The notes under the pieces are model-generated. The model was not told where the DNA came from. It saw nothing but the letters and a program-made list of their open reading frames with translations, and searched no databases. Below are positions 9,961 through 20,641 of a DNA stretch of 64,000 bases, piece by piece. Location: IMG/VR virus record IMGVR_UViG_3300042914_002215; one strand, written 5' to 3'. Within the stretch, counting starts at the first letter, position 1. Each line of letters opens with the position of its first letter. Both the position numbers and the translations under genes were made by a program. This DNA comes from a virus.

Positions 9961-12548
9961 TGGCAGTTCGTTTTAACGGCGGTATCATCGGCAGTAGAAA
10001 TCTGACCACTGGTGGTCAAGGTAGTGGTGTTGCTGTAGGCATCTGGTCATTAAATGAAGCACAAGTGGCAAAACTTGCTGGTATATGGCCACAAGAAATA
10101 ACTTCTGGTTCTTTTCAAGGCGTTCAAATATTTACCGAAAGTACATCATGGGTGCCACCAACAAATGTTGTAGCGGTTGATTATCTTGTTGTTGCTGGCG
10201 GAGGTTCAGGTGGCGGTGGTCTTGGTGGCGGTGGTGGTGCCGGAGGATTTGTGTCGGGAACCGGTTTATCTGTAACTCCCGGACAAAATTATAATATAGT
10301 TGTTGGTGCTGGTGGTGCAGGTCCAGGATTTTTTCCTCTAGCATTTGGGGGAAATGGTTCAAATTCAGGAATATGGAGTTCGGCACCATTTTCTGCTGTT
10401 TGGTCAACCGGCGGCGGTGGTGGTGGAACAACAGCAAGTGGTGGTAGTGCTGGTCAACCCGGCATGGCTGGTGGTTCTGGCGGAGGAGGTTCTGGTAGAA
10501 CACCCGGTACTGGTGGTTCACCAAGTGGTGGTTTAGGCACACCAGGACAAGGAAATAATGGTGGCACTGGTTCACCAGGCGCATCAACATTTTCTGGTGG
10601 TGGTGGTGGAGGTGCCGGTGCCGCAGGTAATGCGGGAACTCCTACGGGTCCTGCTGTTGGTGGTGTAGGATTATATTCATCAATTTCAGGATCAAATACG
10701 GCATATGCTGGCGGCGGTGGAGGTGGAGGTGATTCACCTGTTGGTGCATTAGGTGGTGCTGGTGGTGGTGGAACATCTGGAGCATTTCCACAGGGTACGG
10801 GTGTTTCTGGAAATACTAACACTGGTGGTGGCGGTGGTGGAGGCTCTGGTGGTGGTCCTAATGGAGGAAATGGAGCATCAGGTGGATCAGGTGTCATTAT
10901 TCTCAAGTATTATGTGCAAGACACAAACGGTCTTTTTGTCTTTGCAAACACAGGACAAATAAGAATACCTGATGGTATCACAACGATTGATTATTTAATT
11001 GTTGGTGGTGGTGGTGCTGGCGGTTCGGGACATGGTGGTGGCGGTGGTGGTGCTGGTGGAGTTAGGACTGGCACAAGTTATCCAGTAGGACCAAATCAAC
11101 TTTACACAATTTCTATCGGTGCTGGTGGCACTGGTGGTGTTGGTGCAACAACAAATGGTGTTGCATCAATTTTGTCTGCTGGAAATACTAATACCGCCAA
11201 TCTAATCGTTGCATCTGGTGGAGGTGCTGGTGGTTCAGAGGGTAATCAATTAGCAAGTAGTGGTGGTTCTGGTGGAGGTGGAGCAGGTGTGCCAGGGAGA
11301 TATACTGGCGCACAGGGAAATTTTTTAAACAATACTAATTCTGGAGTTTCACCAGCACAAGGATTTGGTGGTGGCAACGGAGGGCCGGGCTCTGCTCCTA
11401 ATTATGGGGGTGGTGGTGGCGGTGGTGGTGCTAATGCTAATGGTACGAGTGCCTCTGGTTCCACTGGCGGGGGTGGTGGTGTTGGAGTTTTCTCAACTAT
11501 CACTGGTGCTAATGTAGCGTATGGAGGTGGTGGAGGTGGTGGAGGATGGAATGCTCCAGGTGGACCTGGAGCATCTGGTGGAGTAGGTGGTGCAGGAGGT
11601 GGAGCAAATGGAGCAAATCAGCCAGCAACAAGTAGAGGAAGTAATGCAAATAATAGCACTGGTGGAGGTGGTGGTGGTTCTGGAGGACAAGATATAGATG
11701 GTAGAACTGGTGGCAATGGTGGCTCTGGTTTTGCCGTCATCAAAATATCAGCAACACAAAACAAGATAGCAGTATTCTCTAACACTGCAACATGGAATGT
11801 GCCTACGGGCGTTTCGTCACTTGAGTATCTTATTGTTGCTGGTGGTGGAGGTGGCGGTGGTGATATTGGTTGTGGTGGTGGTGCTGGTGGATTTAGAACA
11901 AGTCCTGCACTATCAGTCACACCTGGAGCATCTTTGACTATTGTTGTTGGTGGAGGTGGTGCGGGTGGACCTACAGGACCTTCTGCCCGTGGCTCAAATG
12001 GTTCTAATTCAGGAATCTATGGTTCAGCACCATTTCCTGCTGTGTGGTCTACTTCTGGTGGTGGTGGTGCAACAAATGCACCGGGTCTTGTAGATGGATT
12101 CTCTGGTGGTTCTGGTGGAGGCGCCGCTTTTGGTGCAGTTGCCGGTAGAGGTAATTTAGGAGCATATACACCAGCAGAAGGAACTGGTGGTGGTGTTCAA
12201 GTAAATTGTGGTGCTGGTGCTGGTGCTATGGGTGGTGGAGGTGGCGCTACATCAAACGGTTCAAACGGATTTTGTTTAACACCAGCAGGCGGTGCCGGTG
12301 GTGCAGGTGGTGCAGGAACTCCTTCTACAATCACTGGAAGTGCTGTAACTTACGCTGGCGGTGGAGGTGGTGGTGGACAGCAACAAGGTAGTGCTGGTGG
12401 TGCTGGTGGTGGAGGTGCCGGTCGTGGTGGTAATATAACTGGTGAAAGTGGAAATACTGCTACTGGTGGTGGAGGTGGTGGTAGTGGTGGTGTGCCTTAT
12501 AGCGGCGGTGCTGGCGGCTCTGGTGTAGTCATTCTCAAATGGACATAA
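9960..12548 (+). CDS. glycine-rich adhesin-like protein, three tandem domains
   Basis: Three YL(V/I)V(A/G)GGG...GSG.(V/A)I.K units; paralog of 24822-27386. Confidence 0.65.
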   Translation: MAVRFNGGIIGSRNLTTGGQGSGVAVGIWSLNEAQVAKLAGIWPQEITSGSFQGVQIFTESTSWVPPTNVVAVDYLVVAGGGSGGGGLGGGGGAGGFVSGTGLSVTPGQNYNIVVGAGGAGPGFFPLAFGGNGSNSGIWSSAPFSAVWSTGGGGGGTTASGGSAGQPGMAGGSGGGGSGRTPGTGGSPSGGLGTPGQGNNGGTGSPGASTFSGGGGGGAGAAGNAGTPTGPAVGGVGLYSSISGSNTAYAGGGGGGGDSPVGALGGAGGGGTSGAFPQGTGVSGNTNTGGGGGGGSGGGPNGGNGASGGSGVIILKYYVQDTNGLFVFANTGQIRIPDGITTIDYLIVGGGGAGGSGHGGGGGGAGGVRTGTSYPVGPNQLYTISIGAGGTGGVGATTNGVASILSAGNTNTANLIVASGGGAGGSEGNQLASSGGSGGGGAGVPGRYTGAQGNFLNNTNSGVSPAQGFGGGNGGPGSAPNYGGGGGGGGANANGTSASGSTGGGGGVGVFSTITGANVAYGGGGGGGGWNAPGGPGASGGVGGAGGGANGANQPATSRGSNANNSTGGGGGGSGGQDIDGRTGGNGGSGFAVIKISATQNKIAVFSNTATWNVPTGVSSLEYLIVAGGGGGGGDIGCGGGAGGFRTSPALSVTPGASLTIVVGGGGAGGPTGPSARGSNGSNSGIYGSAPFPAVWSTSGGGGATNAPGLVDGFSGGSGGGAAFGAVAGRGNLGAYTPAEGTGGGVQVNCGAGAGAMGGGGGATSNGSNGFCLTPAGGAGGAGGAGTPSTITGSAVTYAGGGGGGGQQQGSAGGAGGGGAGRGGNITGESGNTATGGGGGGSGGVPYSGGAGGSGVVILKWT

Positions 12549-12555
12549 ATAAGTT

Positions 12556-12563
12556 TATAAATA
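12556..12563 (+). promoter_or_regulatory. T4-type late promoter TATAAATA
   Basis: Exact T4 late consensus, intergenic, upstream of 12598; gp55 is encoded in the window. Confidence 0.7.
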
Positions 12564-12597
12564 CAAAGTAATTTTTAACAAAAGGGAGTTTTAATAA

Positions 12598-12981
12598 ATG
12601 GCACATTTTGCACAACTTGATGAAAACAATGTAGTAACTCAAGTCATTGTTGTGTCCAACAATGAACTACTTGACGCTAGTGGCGTTGAGCGTGAAGAGA
12701 TGGGTATTGGTTTTTGCCAAAGATTGTTTGGTGGCAATTGGAAGCAAACATCATACAATCATAACTTCCGCAAGCGTTACGCAGGTATTGGATACACATA
12801 CAATGCAGAACTTGATGCATTTGTTCCACCTAAACCATTTCCTTCATGGGTATTAGACAATGATGAAGCAAACTGGAAAGCACCTGTTGCACAACCAGCG
12901 GATGCAGGACAAGGTGATCCACCTAAGGTGTATACATGGAATGAAGAAACAACTTCATGGGATGAAGTAGTACCAGCATAA
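12598..12981 (+). CDS. MAHFAQL-family protein copy 1 (putative fibre-tip/assembly factor)
   Basis: RBS GGAG; W.QTSY...FRKRYAG, FVPPKP.PSWVLD, WNEE...W. Confidence 0.55.
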   Translation: MAHFAQLDENNVVTQVIVVSNNELLDASGVEREEMGIGFCQRLFGGNWKQTSYNHNFRKRYAGIGYTYNAELDAFVPPKPFPSWVLDNDEANWKAPVAQPADAGQGDPPKVYTWNEETTSWDEVVPA

Positions 12982-12983
12982 TA

Positions 12984-13382
12984 ATGGCACACTTTGCACA
13001 ATTGAATGAAAACAATGAAGTTATTCAAGTCATTGTCGTTCGCAATTCTGAAATAATAGATGAAAACGGTTATGAATCTGAACAAAGAGGTATAGAGTTT
13101 TGTCAGAATCATTTTGGAGGAGGTCGTTGGATTCAAACTTCATATACTGGAAGTTTTCGTAAAAGATATGGTGGAGTTGGCACAGTATACCTTGAAGAAT
13201 ATGATATATTTGTGCCACCAAAACCATGGCCATCATGGGTATTGGATGTAAAATCCGGTGATTGGGATCCTCCAGTTCCGTATCCACCAGAACATGGACG
13301 ACCAAGACCTGAAGATGGTAAATATATTCATTATGAGTGGAATGAAGAAAGTCAACAGTGGATTAATCCTACACTCTCTTAA
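12984..13382 (+). CDS. MAHFAQL-family protein copy 2
   Basis: Tandem paralog of 12598-12981. Confidence 0.55.
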   Translation: MAHFAQLNENNEVIQVIVVRNSEIIDENGYESEQRGIEFCQNHFGGGRWIQTSYTGSFRKRYGGVGTVYLEEYDIFVPPKPWPSWVLDVKSGDWDPPVPYPPEHGRPRPEDGKYIHYEWNEESQQWINPTLS

Positions 13383-13402
13383 TAATTATTTTTATTCATC
13401 AT

Positions 13403-13427
13403 AAACCCTGCTTCGGCAGGGTTTTTT
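13403..13427 (+). terminator. intrinsic terminator
   Basis: AAACCCTGC-TTCG-GCAGGGTTT hairpin (cUUCGg loop) plus T-tract. Confidence 0.85.
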
Positions 13428-13445
13428 ATTAGCGGTATTAGATTG

Positions 13446-13453
13446 ACTAAATA
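13446..13453 (+). promoter_or_regulatory. probable late promoter variant ACTAAATA
   Basis: Between a terminator and the next structural gene; same octamer at 20634 and 34735. Confidence 0.5.
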
Positions 13454-13474
13454 CACGATTAGAAGGAGACAATC

Positions 13475-13810
13475 TTGGCTGCTTATGTAGAAATTACCAT
13501 CGAGCAAGGTGCAAACCTTACATCAACTGTTACAGTATCAGACACTCAAGGTGATGCAATCAATCTTTCAACATATTCCGCATCGGCTCAATTACGCAAA
13601 TCATATTACTCTTCAACAGCAAATACATTATCTGCGACAATTACTGGTAATGCGAACGGTCAAATTACTCTATCAATGACAGCAGCAAACACTGCTAATC
13701 TAACACCTGGTCGTTATGTTTACGATTTAAAAATAACAAACTCAGTTGATAATTCCGTGACCCGTGTAGTAGAAGGAACAGCGGTTGTTCTTCCATCAGT
13801 TACGAGGTAA
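13475..13810 (+). CDS. conserved small virion structural protein of T4-like phages
   Basis: TTG start with AAGGAG RBS; I.QGA....AQLRKSY...GRYVYD...TRVVEG...P.VTR. Confidence 0.65.
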   Translation: MAAYVEITIEQGANLTSTVTVSDTQGDAINLSTYSASAQLRKSYYSSTANTLSATITGNANGQITLSMTAANTANLTPGRYVYDLKITNSVDNSVTRVVEGTAVVLPSVTR

Positions 13811-13813
13811 TAT

Positions 13814-14035
13814 ATGCCAGATTTAGGTAAAGTCACGGTTTTTCAACCGAATAGAACTACAGTTGTATCACCAAACTATAAGCCAAAACCTAACGTTGCT
13901 CTAGCAGAAATAAATGATGTGTCTACAGAAGGTGTACAAGATGGTTATTCTCTTGTGTACAGTTCAGCGAACAATCGTTACGAAACAAAAGTTGCTGTTA
14001 CCGTTTTAGCTACGCTTGACGGTGGATTATTCTAA
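13814..14035 (+). CDS. small virion protein ending LDGGLF
   Basis: LAEINDV....QDGYSLVY...LDGG.F pattern; tightly packed in the operon. Confidence 0.5.
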   Translation: MPDLGKVTVFQPNRTTVVSPNYKPKPNVALAEINDVSTEGVQDGYSLVYSSANNRYETKVAVTVLATLDGGLF

Positions 14036-14044
14036 GAATTACAA

Positions 14045-17000
14045 ATGGCAAATACAACAATACAAATAAAAAGATCGCTAACGACTGACACACCACCGTC
14101 GTTAAATATTGGCGAACCAGCATATTCGTATAACAGCAATACATTATTCATAGGCTCAAGAACAGATGATGGTGCTATTCCTATTGGTGGTTGGGATACT
14201 TATATTCGTGGCATATCGTCTTATGAAAAATTAAATGCTTCTTACTCACATGCAAACTCGGCATTTATTCGTGCAAACAATGCGCTGAATGCTAACGTTG
14301 GTGGTTTCATTTCTGGTGATGTTACAATTGCTGGTAATCTGAGTATTATTGGTGGTCAACTTGCAGCAAATGTGCCAATCGTATTGATTGGTGATAATAT
14401 AATTTCACTGAACACGGCAATCAGTCCGTCTGGTGAACCAGTAATGAATGCTGGTATTGAAGTTGATCGTGGCGCACAACCGAACGTTTATTTGTTGTGG
14501 AATGAAACATTAGAAAGATGGCAGTTCACAAATGATGGTTCAACTTATGATGATTTGGGTGGTTCTTCTGCATCATCATATGCCAACTCAGCATTCATAA
14601 AAGCAAACGCATCTTTTGATCATGCTAATGCCGCATACACTTCACAGAATGCTACAGGACAATATGCTAATGCTGCGTTTATTCATGCCAACTCTGCATT
14701 CATAAAAACAAATGCTGCGTTTGATCATGCGAATGCAGCATTCGCAAATGCCAATGGTGCTTTTGCTTCTGCTAACGCTTCATTCGCAAATGCCAACGGT
14801 GCTTTTGCTGCTGCTAATGCTGCGTATATTCATGCTAATTCTGGTTTTATCAAAACGAATGCATCGTTCGATCATGCTAATTCCGCATTTATTAAAGCGA
14901 ATGCTGCGTATGAATCTCAGAATGCTACAGGACAATATGGTAATTCAGCATTCATTCAAGCAAATTCTGCGTTTATACATGCCAACGCTGCTTATCAGTC
15001 ACAGAATGCAACCGGTAACGTAGCAAACTCTGCCTTTTTTCAAGCAAATGCTGCATATCAGTCACAGAATGCTACAGGTCAATACGCCAACGCCGCATTC
15101 ACATTGGCTAACGGTGCATTTATTCATGCCAATAGTGGATTCATTCAAGCAAATGCTGCATATCAGTCACAGAATGCTACAGGTAATGTAGCCAATGCTG
15201 CTTTTGCTAATGCCAACGGTGCTTTTGCTTCTGCTAACGCTGCTTTTGCTAATGCCAACGGCGCTTTTGCTAAATCGAATGCTGCATACAATCATGCAAA
15301 CAGTGCATTCATTCAAACTAATTCTTCGTTTATTCATGTAAATTCTGCATTCGGTCATGCCAATGCTGCTTTCATTCGTGCGAATAATTCACTGAACGCT
15401 AACGTTGGCGGTAATGTCACTGGCGATGTTATCGTCATTGGCAATCTTACATCCAATACACTAACAACAACAGGTTCTAATGGTAGCATTACTGGCGCTA
15501 ATGCTATCTTTACAAATTATATTTTTGCCGCAAATGGTAATGTAGACTTATACATCTACTCATCGCTTGCATATGCACAATCCAATGCTGCGCTTGCTGC
15601 TGCCAATGCTTCATTCGCAAATGCCAATGGCGCTTTTGCTGCTGCTAATGCTGCATTCGCAAATGCCAATGGTGCATTTGCCGCTGCCAATGCCGCATAC
15701 ACACATGCAAACAGTGGTTTCATTCATGCAAACTCGGCATTCATACAAACGAACGCTGCATTTGATCATGCTAATTCTGGATTCATACAAGCGAATGCAT
15801 CATTCTTACATGCGAACTATGCATTCTCTAATGCTAATGCTGGTTTGGCAATGGCAAATGCTGCTTTTGCAAATGCTAATGGTGCTTTTGCTGCTGCTAA
15901 TGCTGCATACATCCATGCCAATAGCGGTTTTATTCAAACCAATTCTGCTTTTGATCACGCTAATGCAGCATACATTTCACAGAATGCCACAGGACAATAT
16001 GCAAATTCTGCTTTTGTTCACGCCAACTCTGCATATGAATCTCAGAACGCTACCGGTCAATATGCTAACGCTGCGTTCTTACGAGCAAACAATTCATTAG
16101 ATGCAAACAATGGTGGTACAGTTACAGCAAATGTAATTATTGCTGCTAATCTAACTACACAAAATGTATTTGTTCGTTCGTATATTGATCTAAACACAGC
16201 ACCTTCTGCACCACCAAGAAATGAAGGTCGTATTTTCTACGACAATGATCAGAAGGCTTTATCATACAATAATGAGTCCGACAATACAATTCAACTTGGC
16301 CAAGAAACGGTAATTCGTGTATGGAATAATTCTGGCACTACAATTGCAAGAGGTAAAGTTGCCCGTATAGGTGGTGACGCATCAGCAAATGGTTTCCCTG
16401 CTGTTGCACTTGCCGCTGCTGATGTTGCACAAAATGCTGAAGTTGTTGGTGTTACTTCAACCGCAATCGCAAATAATGATTATGGTTATGTAACTATACA
16501 TGGTAAAATAAGAGGACTCAATACATCGTTGTTCACTGCTGGACAAGAACTATTCTTGTCAGATACACCAGGTGAATATCAAACAACTCCACCGGCATCA
16601 CCAAGTGTGCCAATGGCAATTGGTTATGTCACTCTATCAGATGTAACAGACGGTTCGATTCTTGTCTACTCTCATTTGATGGAAGGCAAGAACAAAACAA
16701 ATGGTGCTATTCTCTTTGGTCGTAACGGTGCTATTGATCAAGATCCAACTAAACTGTATTGGGATTATGTCAATAATCGTTTAGGTATTGATACAGATAA
16801 TCCACAAGCAAATCTACATGTTGCTGGTGATGGTTTATTCAGTGGTAATGTTACAATCACTGGTAATCTGGTAATTAGTAATGCTCAAACAATTACAACT
16901 GATGAACTGTTTGTTGGTGGTAATGAAGTTATTCTTATTGCAAATAATACAGGTTCTCCTGTACTCAATGCTGCAATCATTGTAAATCGTGGTACATCAC

Positions 17001-20000
17001 CAAACGCATATATTCTTTGGGATGAAACTGTCAATGAGTGGATAGCATATGAAGGTAGTGGTGAGCCTGGTCATATTATTCTTGCAAATAAAACTGCAAA
17101 CAGTTGGGCAGTATATGATACTTTTGAAGCATATGAAAAAGAGTTTTATCCTATTGGCGCAAATCTTGCCAACAGTGTAAACGAACATGCAAAAGCTGGA
17201 TTTGAAACCGCAAATATTGCCGAACAGTTAGCAATCGCTGGTTTCAAACACGCCAATTCTGGATTTATTCAGGCAAACTCATCATATGTCCATGCTAATT
17301 CTGCATACTTATCACAGAATGCAACAGGACAGTATGCTAACAGTGCATTCATTCATGCCAACTCTGCTTATCAGTCACAGAATGCAACTGGTCAATATGC
17401 TAATGCTGCATTTATTCACGCTAACTCTGCGTTTGCATATGCAAATACATTAGCGGGTGGTGCTGCAATTGATAATGTTGCACGTGATACTGCTAACTCT
17501 GCTGGAATCTATGCTAACGGTGCTCAGGTTCTTGCAAATACGGCCGATTCAAAAGCAGTCAGTGCTGGTGTATATGCTAATGCAGCATTCAACACAGGCA
17601 ATTCAGCATTTATCCAGGCAAATGCATCGTTCAATCATGCGAATGCAGCTTTTGCTGCTGCTAATAATGTGTTTCCGCAGGTGCAACCAGCATTCAATAC
17701 TGCTAATGCTGCATTTATTCATGCCAACGCATCTTTTGATAAAGCAAATAACGCTGAAGCAAATGCTCAATCGGCAGGCGCTTATGCTAATGGTGCTTAC
17801 TTACATGCCAATGCTGCATTTGCTGCTGCAAATAATGTATTCCCACAAGTACAACCAGCATTCCATACTGCGAATGCCGCATTCTTACAAGCAAACGCTG
17901 GTATTCTACATGCACAGTCTGCATTCCATCATGCTAACGCAGGATTCGTTCAAGCAAATGCTGCTATAGTTCATGCACAATCGGCATTTACTGCACAGAA
18001 TGCAACTGGTACATATGCCAACTCAGCATTTATTCAAGCAAATGCTGCTTATGCTGATCTGAATACAGTATCAATCTATGCTAACACGCCAAGTTATACA
18101 GCAAACTCTGGCTCTGTATATGCGAACTCTGCTTTTGCACAAGCAAACTTAGCAAACAATAATGCAAACGCTGCTTCAGTATATGCTAACTCTGGATTTA
18201 TTGTTGCTAATTCTGGATTCATTCAGGCCAACTCTGCATTCTTCCATGCGAATGATGCTTTCAATAAAGCAAACAGTGGATATGATCAAGCAAACTCTGC
18301 GGCAATTTATGCTAACGGTGCATTCACTGCTGCAAATGTAGCAGATGCAAAAGCAGTTACGGCAGGTGTATATGCAAACTCTGCCTTTGCAAATGCCAAT
18401 GGCGCTTTTGCTGCTGCTAATGCTGCTTTTGCAAATGCTAACGGTGCTTTTGTTTCAGCTAACGCTGCATACGATACTGGTAACGGTGCGTTCATTCAAG
18501 CAAATTCTGGCATACTTCATGCACAATCTGCATATGATCATGCCAACGCAGCATTTAATTCTGCGAACAATTCAACAAAAGCAAACTCTGCATTTGATCA
18601 CGCCAATGCTGCATTTATAGTTGCCAATTCTGGATTTATTCAAGCGAATGCTGGTTTTGATCATGCTAATGCTGCATTCATTCGTGCAAACAATTCACTG
18701 AACGCCAATACTGGTGGACGTGTAACTGGTGACATAATCACTACTGGTATATTCCGTTCAGAAGCCCAAGGTGGTGATGAAGGTGGTCAAATTGAACTGG
18801 CAAATGCAGTAACAAATAGCACCCTAAGTGGTAATATTTCTATTGACATTTATCAAAACAGACTACGAATTTTTGAAACTGGTGGCACAAATCGTGGTGC
18901 ATTTATTGATTTGTCTGTTGCTGGTACTGGAGTAAGTTCTAATCTGTTGGCTGGTAGCGGAACTGGCGCAGATTCATTTGCCCGCAATACTGCTAATGCG
19001 GCATATAATCATGCTAATGCTGCTTTCATTAAAGCAAACACTGGCGGCGGTGGTGTTGGTAATGCTACAGTTCAGTCATTCCAAACAATTTCTGATGGTA
19101 CATCATCAACTTACGCATTAGGATATACACCAACAGATGCTAATGCTGCAATTTTCGTTTCTGTTGGTGGTATTGTTCAAACAGATAATGTTGATTATGT
19201 CGTTACAACATCGAATAGTACAATTTCATTCAATGAAGCTCCGCCATTAGGTGAAGTAATTCGTGCTGTTGGTTTTGCTTCATTCAATCCTTATTTCTTG
19301 GATGTTGCAAACTCTGCCGGTGCATTAGTTAGTACATTTAATTCTGTTGGTGATGGATCAAATACTACATTCTCACTTGGATTTCAGCCAGCAACAGCAG
19401 CGTCCGTATTCGTAACGATTGGTGGTATCGTACAGCCAGAATCTGCTTATACAACAAGTAATGTATCAAATACAATTACTTTTGGCACAGCACCTGGTGT
19501 AGGTGAAAACATTCGTGTTGTTGGATTCACTAAAGTTAATCCATATTATGTTCAATATATTTCATCAAATGTTACACCGTCTGTGTACGAAACAACCGCC
19601 AACGGTAACACAGCATCATTTAATATTGGATTTAATCCACAGATAAAAGAAGCATTGACTGTTACGATTGACGGTATCGTTCAGCCGTTGTCTGCATATT
19701 CAATTAATACAACAGCAAATACAATTACATTTGATGCTAATCCTGCGAATGGTGAATTGGTTCGTGTTGTTACAATGTACACGACAATCAATCCATATTA
19801 TAATCTTTATATTCCAGCAAATGTAACACCGCAAGTATTTGAAACAACTGCGAATGGATTAGTAAATACATTTGTTCTTGGCTGGAATCCTGTAACTAAT
19901 ACAGCACTGACTGTATCTGTGGACGGTGTTCTTCAACCACCAAGTTCATATACAGTAAGTAACACATCAAACTCAATCACGTTTAATACAACACCTTTGA

Positions 20001-20206
20001 ATGGTGAATATATTACTGTAACAACATACGGCGCAATTAATGTATTAGTTGTGAATGATGGAACAATTACATTTGATAAGTTACAATCAAGTGTTCGTTC
20101 ATTCGTAAATGCAAGTTTTGATACAGCAAATACGGCAAACACAGTAGCACAAGCAGCAGCAACAACAGGAAAGGCAATTGCAATGTCGATTGTATTTGGA
20201 GGCTAA
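14045..20206 (+). CDS. long tail fibre-like protein (Mtd-N-like N-terminus, Ala/Asn heptad coiled coil, four C-terminal beta repeats, KAIAMSIVFGG tag)
   Basis: IQIKRS...GEPAYS N-terminus; many ANxA(F/Y)xx heptads; repeated (V/T)..GG/DGIVQ...ITF domains. Confidence 0.7.
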   Translation: MANTTIQIKRSLTTDTPPSLNIGEPAYSYNSNTLFIGSRTDDGAIPIGGWDTYIRGISSYEKLNASYSHANSAFIRANNALNANVGGFISGDVTIAGNLSIIGGQLAANVPIVLIGDNIISLNTAISPSGEPVMNAGIEVDRGAQPNVYLLWNETLERWQFTNDGSTYDDLGGSSASSYANSAFIKANASFDHANAAYTSQNATGQYANAAFIHANSAFIKTNAAFDHANAAFANANGAFASANASFANANGAFAAANAAYIHANSGFIKTNASFDHANSAFIKANAAYESQNATGQYGNSAFIQANSAFIHANAAYQSQNATGNVANSAFFQANAAYQSQNATGQYANAAFTLANGAFIHANSGFIQANAAYQSQNATGNVANAAFANANGAFASANAAFANANGAFAKSNAAYNHANSAFIQTNSSFIHVNSAFGHANAAFIRANNSLNANVGGNVTGDVIVIGNLTSNTLTTTGSNGSITGANAIFTNYIFAANGNVDLYIYSSLAYAQSNAALAAANASFANANGAFAAANAAFANANGAFAAANAAYTHANSGFIHANSAFIQTNAAFDHANSGFIQANASFLHANYAFSNANAGLAMANAAFANANGAFAAANAAYIHANSGFIQTNSAFDHANAAYISQNATGQYANSAFVHANSAYESQNATGQYANAAFLRANNSLDANNGGTVTANVIIAANLTTQNVFVRSYIDLNTAPSAPPRNEGRIFYDNDQKALSYNNESDNTIQLGQETVIRVWNNSGTTIARGKVARIGGDASANGFPAVALAAADVAQNAEVVGVTSTAIANNDYGYVTIHGKIRGLNTSLFTAGQELFLSDTPGEYQTTPPASPSVPMAIGYVTLSDVTDGSILVYSHLMEGKNKTNGAILFGRNGAIDQDPTKLYWDYVNNRLGIDTDNPQANLHVAGDGLFSGNVTITGNLVISNAQTITTDELFVGGNEVILIANNTGSPVLNAAIIVNRGTSPNAYILWDETVNEWIAYEGSGEPGHIILANKTANSWAVYDTFEAYEKEFYPIGANLANSVNEHAKAGFETANIAEQLAIAGFKHANSGFIQANSSYVHANSAYLSQNATGQYANSAFIHANSAYQSQNATGQYANAAFIHANSAFAYANTLAGGAAIDNVARDTANSAGIYANGAQVLANTADSKAVSAGVYANAAFNTGNSAFIQANASFNHANAAFAAANNVFPQVQPAFNTANAAFIHANASFDKANNAEANAQSAGAYANGAYLHANAAFAAANNVFPQVQPAFHTANAAFLQANAGILHAQSAFHHANAGFVQANAAIVHAQSAFTAQNATGTYANSAFIQANAAYADLNTVSIYANTPSYTANSGSVYANSAFAQANLANNNANAASVYANSGFIVANSGFIQANSAFFHANDAFNKANSGYDQANSAAIYANGAFTAANVADAKAVTAGVYANSAFANANGAFAAANAAFANANGAFVSANAAYDTGNGAFIQANSGILHAQSAYDHANAAFNSANNSTKANSAFDHANAAFIVANSGFIQANAGFDHANAAFIRANNSLNANTGGRVTGDIITTGIFRSEAQGGDEGGQIELANAVTNSTLSGNISIDIYQNRLRIFETGGTNRGAFIDLSVAGTGVSSNLLAGSGTGADSFARNTANAAYNHANAAFIKANTGGGGVGNATVQSFQTISDGTSSTYALGYTPTDANAAIFVSVGGIVQTDNVDYVVTTSNSTISFNEAPPLGEVIRAVGFASFNPYFLDVANSAGALVSTFNSVGDGSNTTFSLGFQPATAASVFVTIGGIVQPESAYTTSNVSNTITFGTAPGVGENIRVVGFTKVNPYYVQYISSNVTPSVYETTANGNTASFNIGFNPQIKEALTVTIDGIVQPLSAYSINTTANTITFDANPANGELVRVVTMYTTINPYYNLYIPANVTPQVFETTANGLVNTFVLGWNPVTNTALTVSVDGVLQPPSSYTVSNTSNSITFNTTPLNGEYITVTTYGAINVLVVNDGTITFDKLQSSVRSFVNASFDTANTANTVAQAAATTGKAIAMSIVFGG
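14575..19040 (+). repeat. degenerate 21-bp (7-aa) tandem repeats ANxAF/Yxx, interrupted by globular domains
   Basis: E.g. identical 41-nt copies at 15039-15079 and 15144-15184 (105-nt offset = 5 heptads). Confidence 0.8.
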
Positions 20207-20209
20207 TCT

Positions 20210-20632
20210 ATGACACAACAAATTACCAGTAATAGAATAGCCAACAATTCGATTACTGTAAACAGTTTTGCTACCAGTTTTGGTGGTTTTGTTTACGACT
20301 TAGATGATATTTCTTATATCACGGATGGAATCACGAACATTTTTCCATTGACTTACAACACTTCAAATGTTTCCGTGCCAAGTCCTTGGAATCTAATGAT
20401 TTCCATAAATGGTTTATTGCAGTCTGCATATGCTAATACATATGAGTCGGTTTGGCTAAGTTACATTTCATCAGCAGCAAAAGGTTATACATTAGACAGT
20501 AGCGGAGGTGTAAGATTTGCCGATCCACCTCCAGCAGGTTCGGATGTAACGATTAGACTTGTTCCTGGCACACCAGCAGCAAATGCTAAAGTTTACCCGT
20601 TTAGACCCACGGATATTCTGATGGGTTACTAA
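20210..20632 (+). CDS. virion structural protein
   Basis: DG.TN.F.L...ISINGLLQ...F.DPPPAG domain related to the C-terminal repeats of the preceding fibre. Confidence 0.5.
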   Translation: MTQQITSNRIANNSITVNSFATSFGGFVYDLDDISYITDGITNIFPLTYNTSNVSVPSPWNLMISINGLLQSAYANTYESVWLSYISSAAKGYTLDSSGGVRFADPPPAGSDVTIRLVPGTPAANAKVYPFRPTDILMGY

Positions 20633-20633
20633 T

Positions 20634-20641
20634 ACTAAATA
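20634..20641 (+). promoter_or_regulatory. probable late promoter variant ACTAAATA
   Basis: Intergenic, upstream of a large structural gene. Confidence 0.45.

Noticed and set aside
14045-14200. Mtd-like N-terminus suggesting a diversity-generating retroelement
   Set aside because: No reverse transcriptase in the window, and I saw no template/variable repeat pair differing only at adenines; this N-terminal motif is common in fibres
14575-19040. Regularly recurring DNA repeats resembling a CRISPR array
   Set aside because: Repeats are degenerate at third codon positions, in frame within a 2053-aa ORF, with no unique spacers or cas genes
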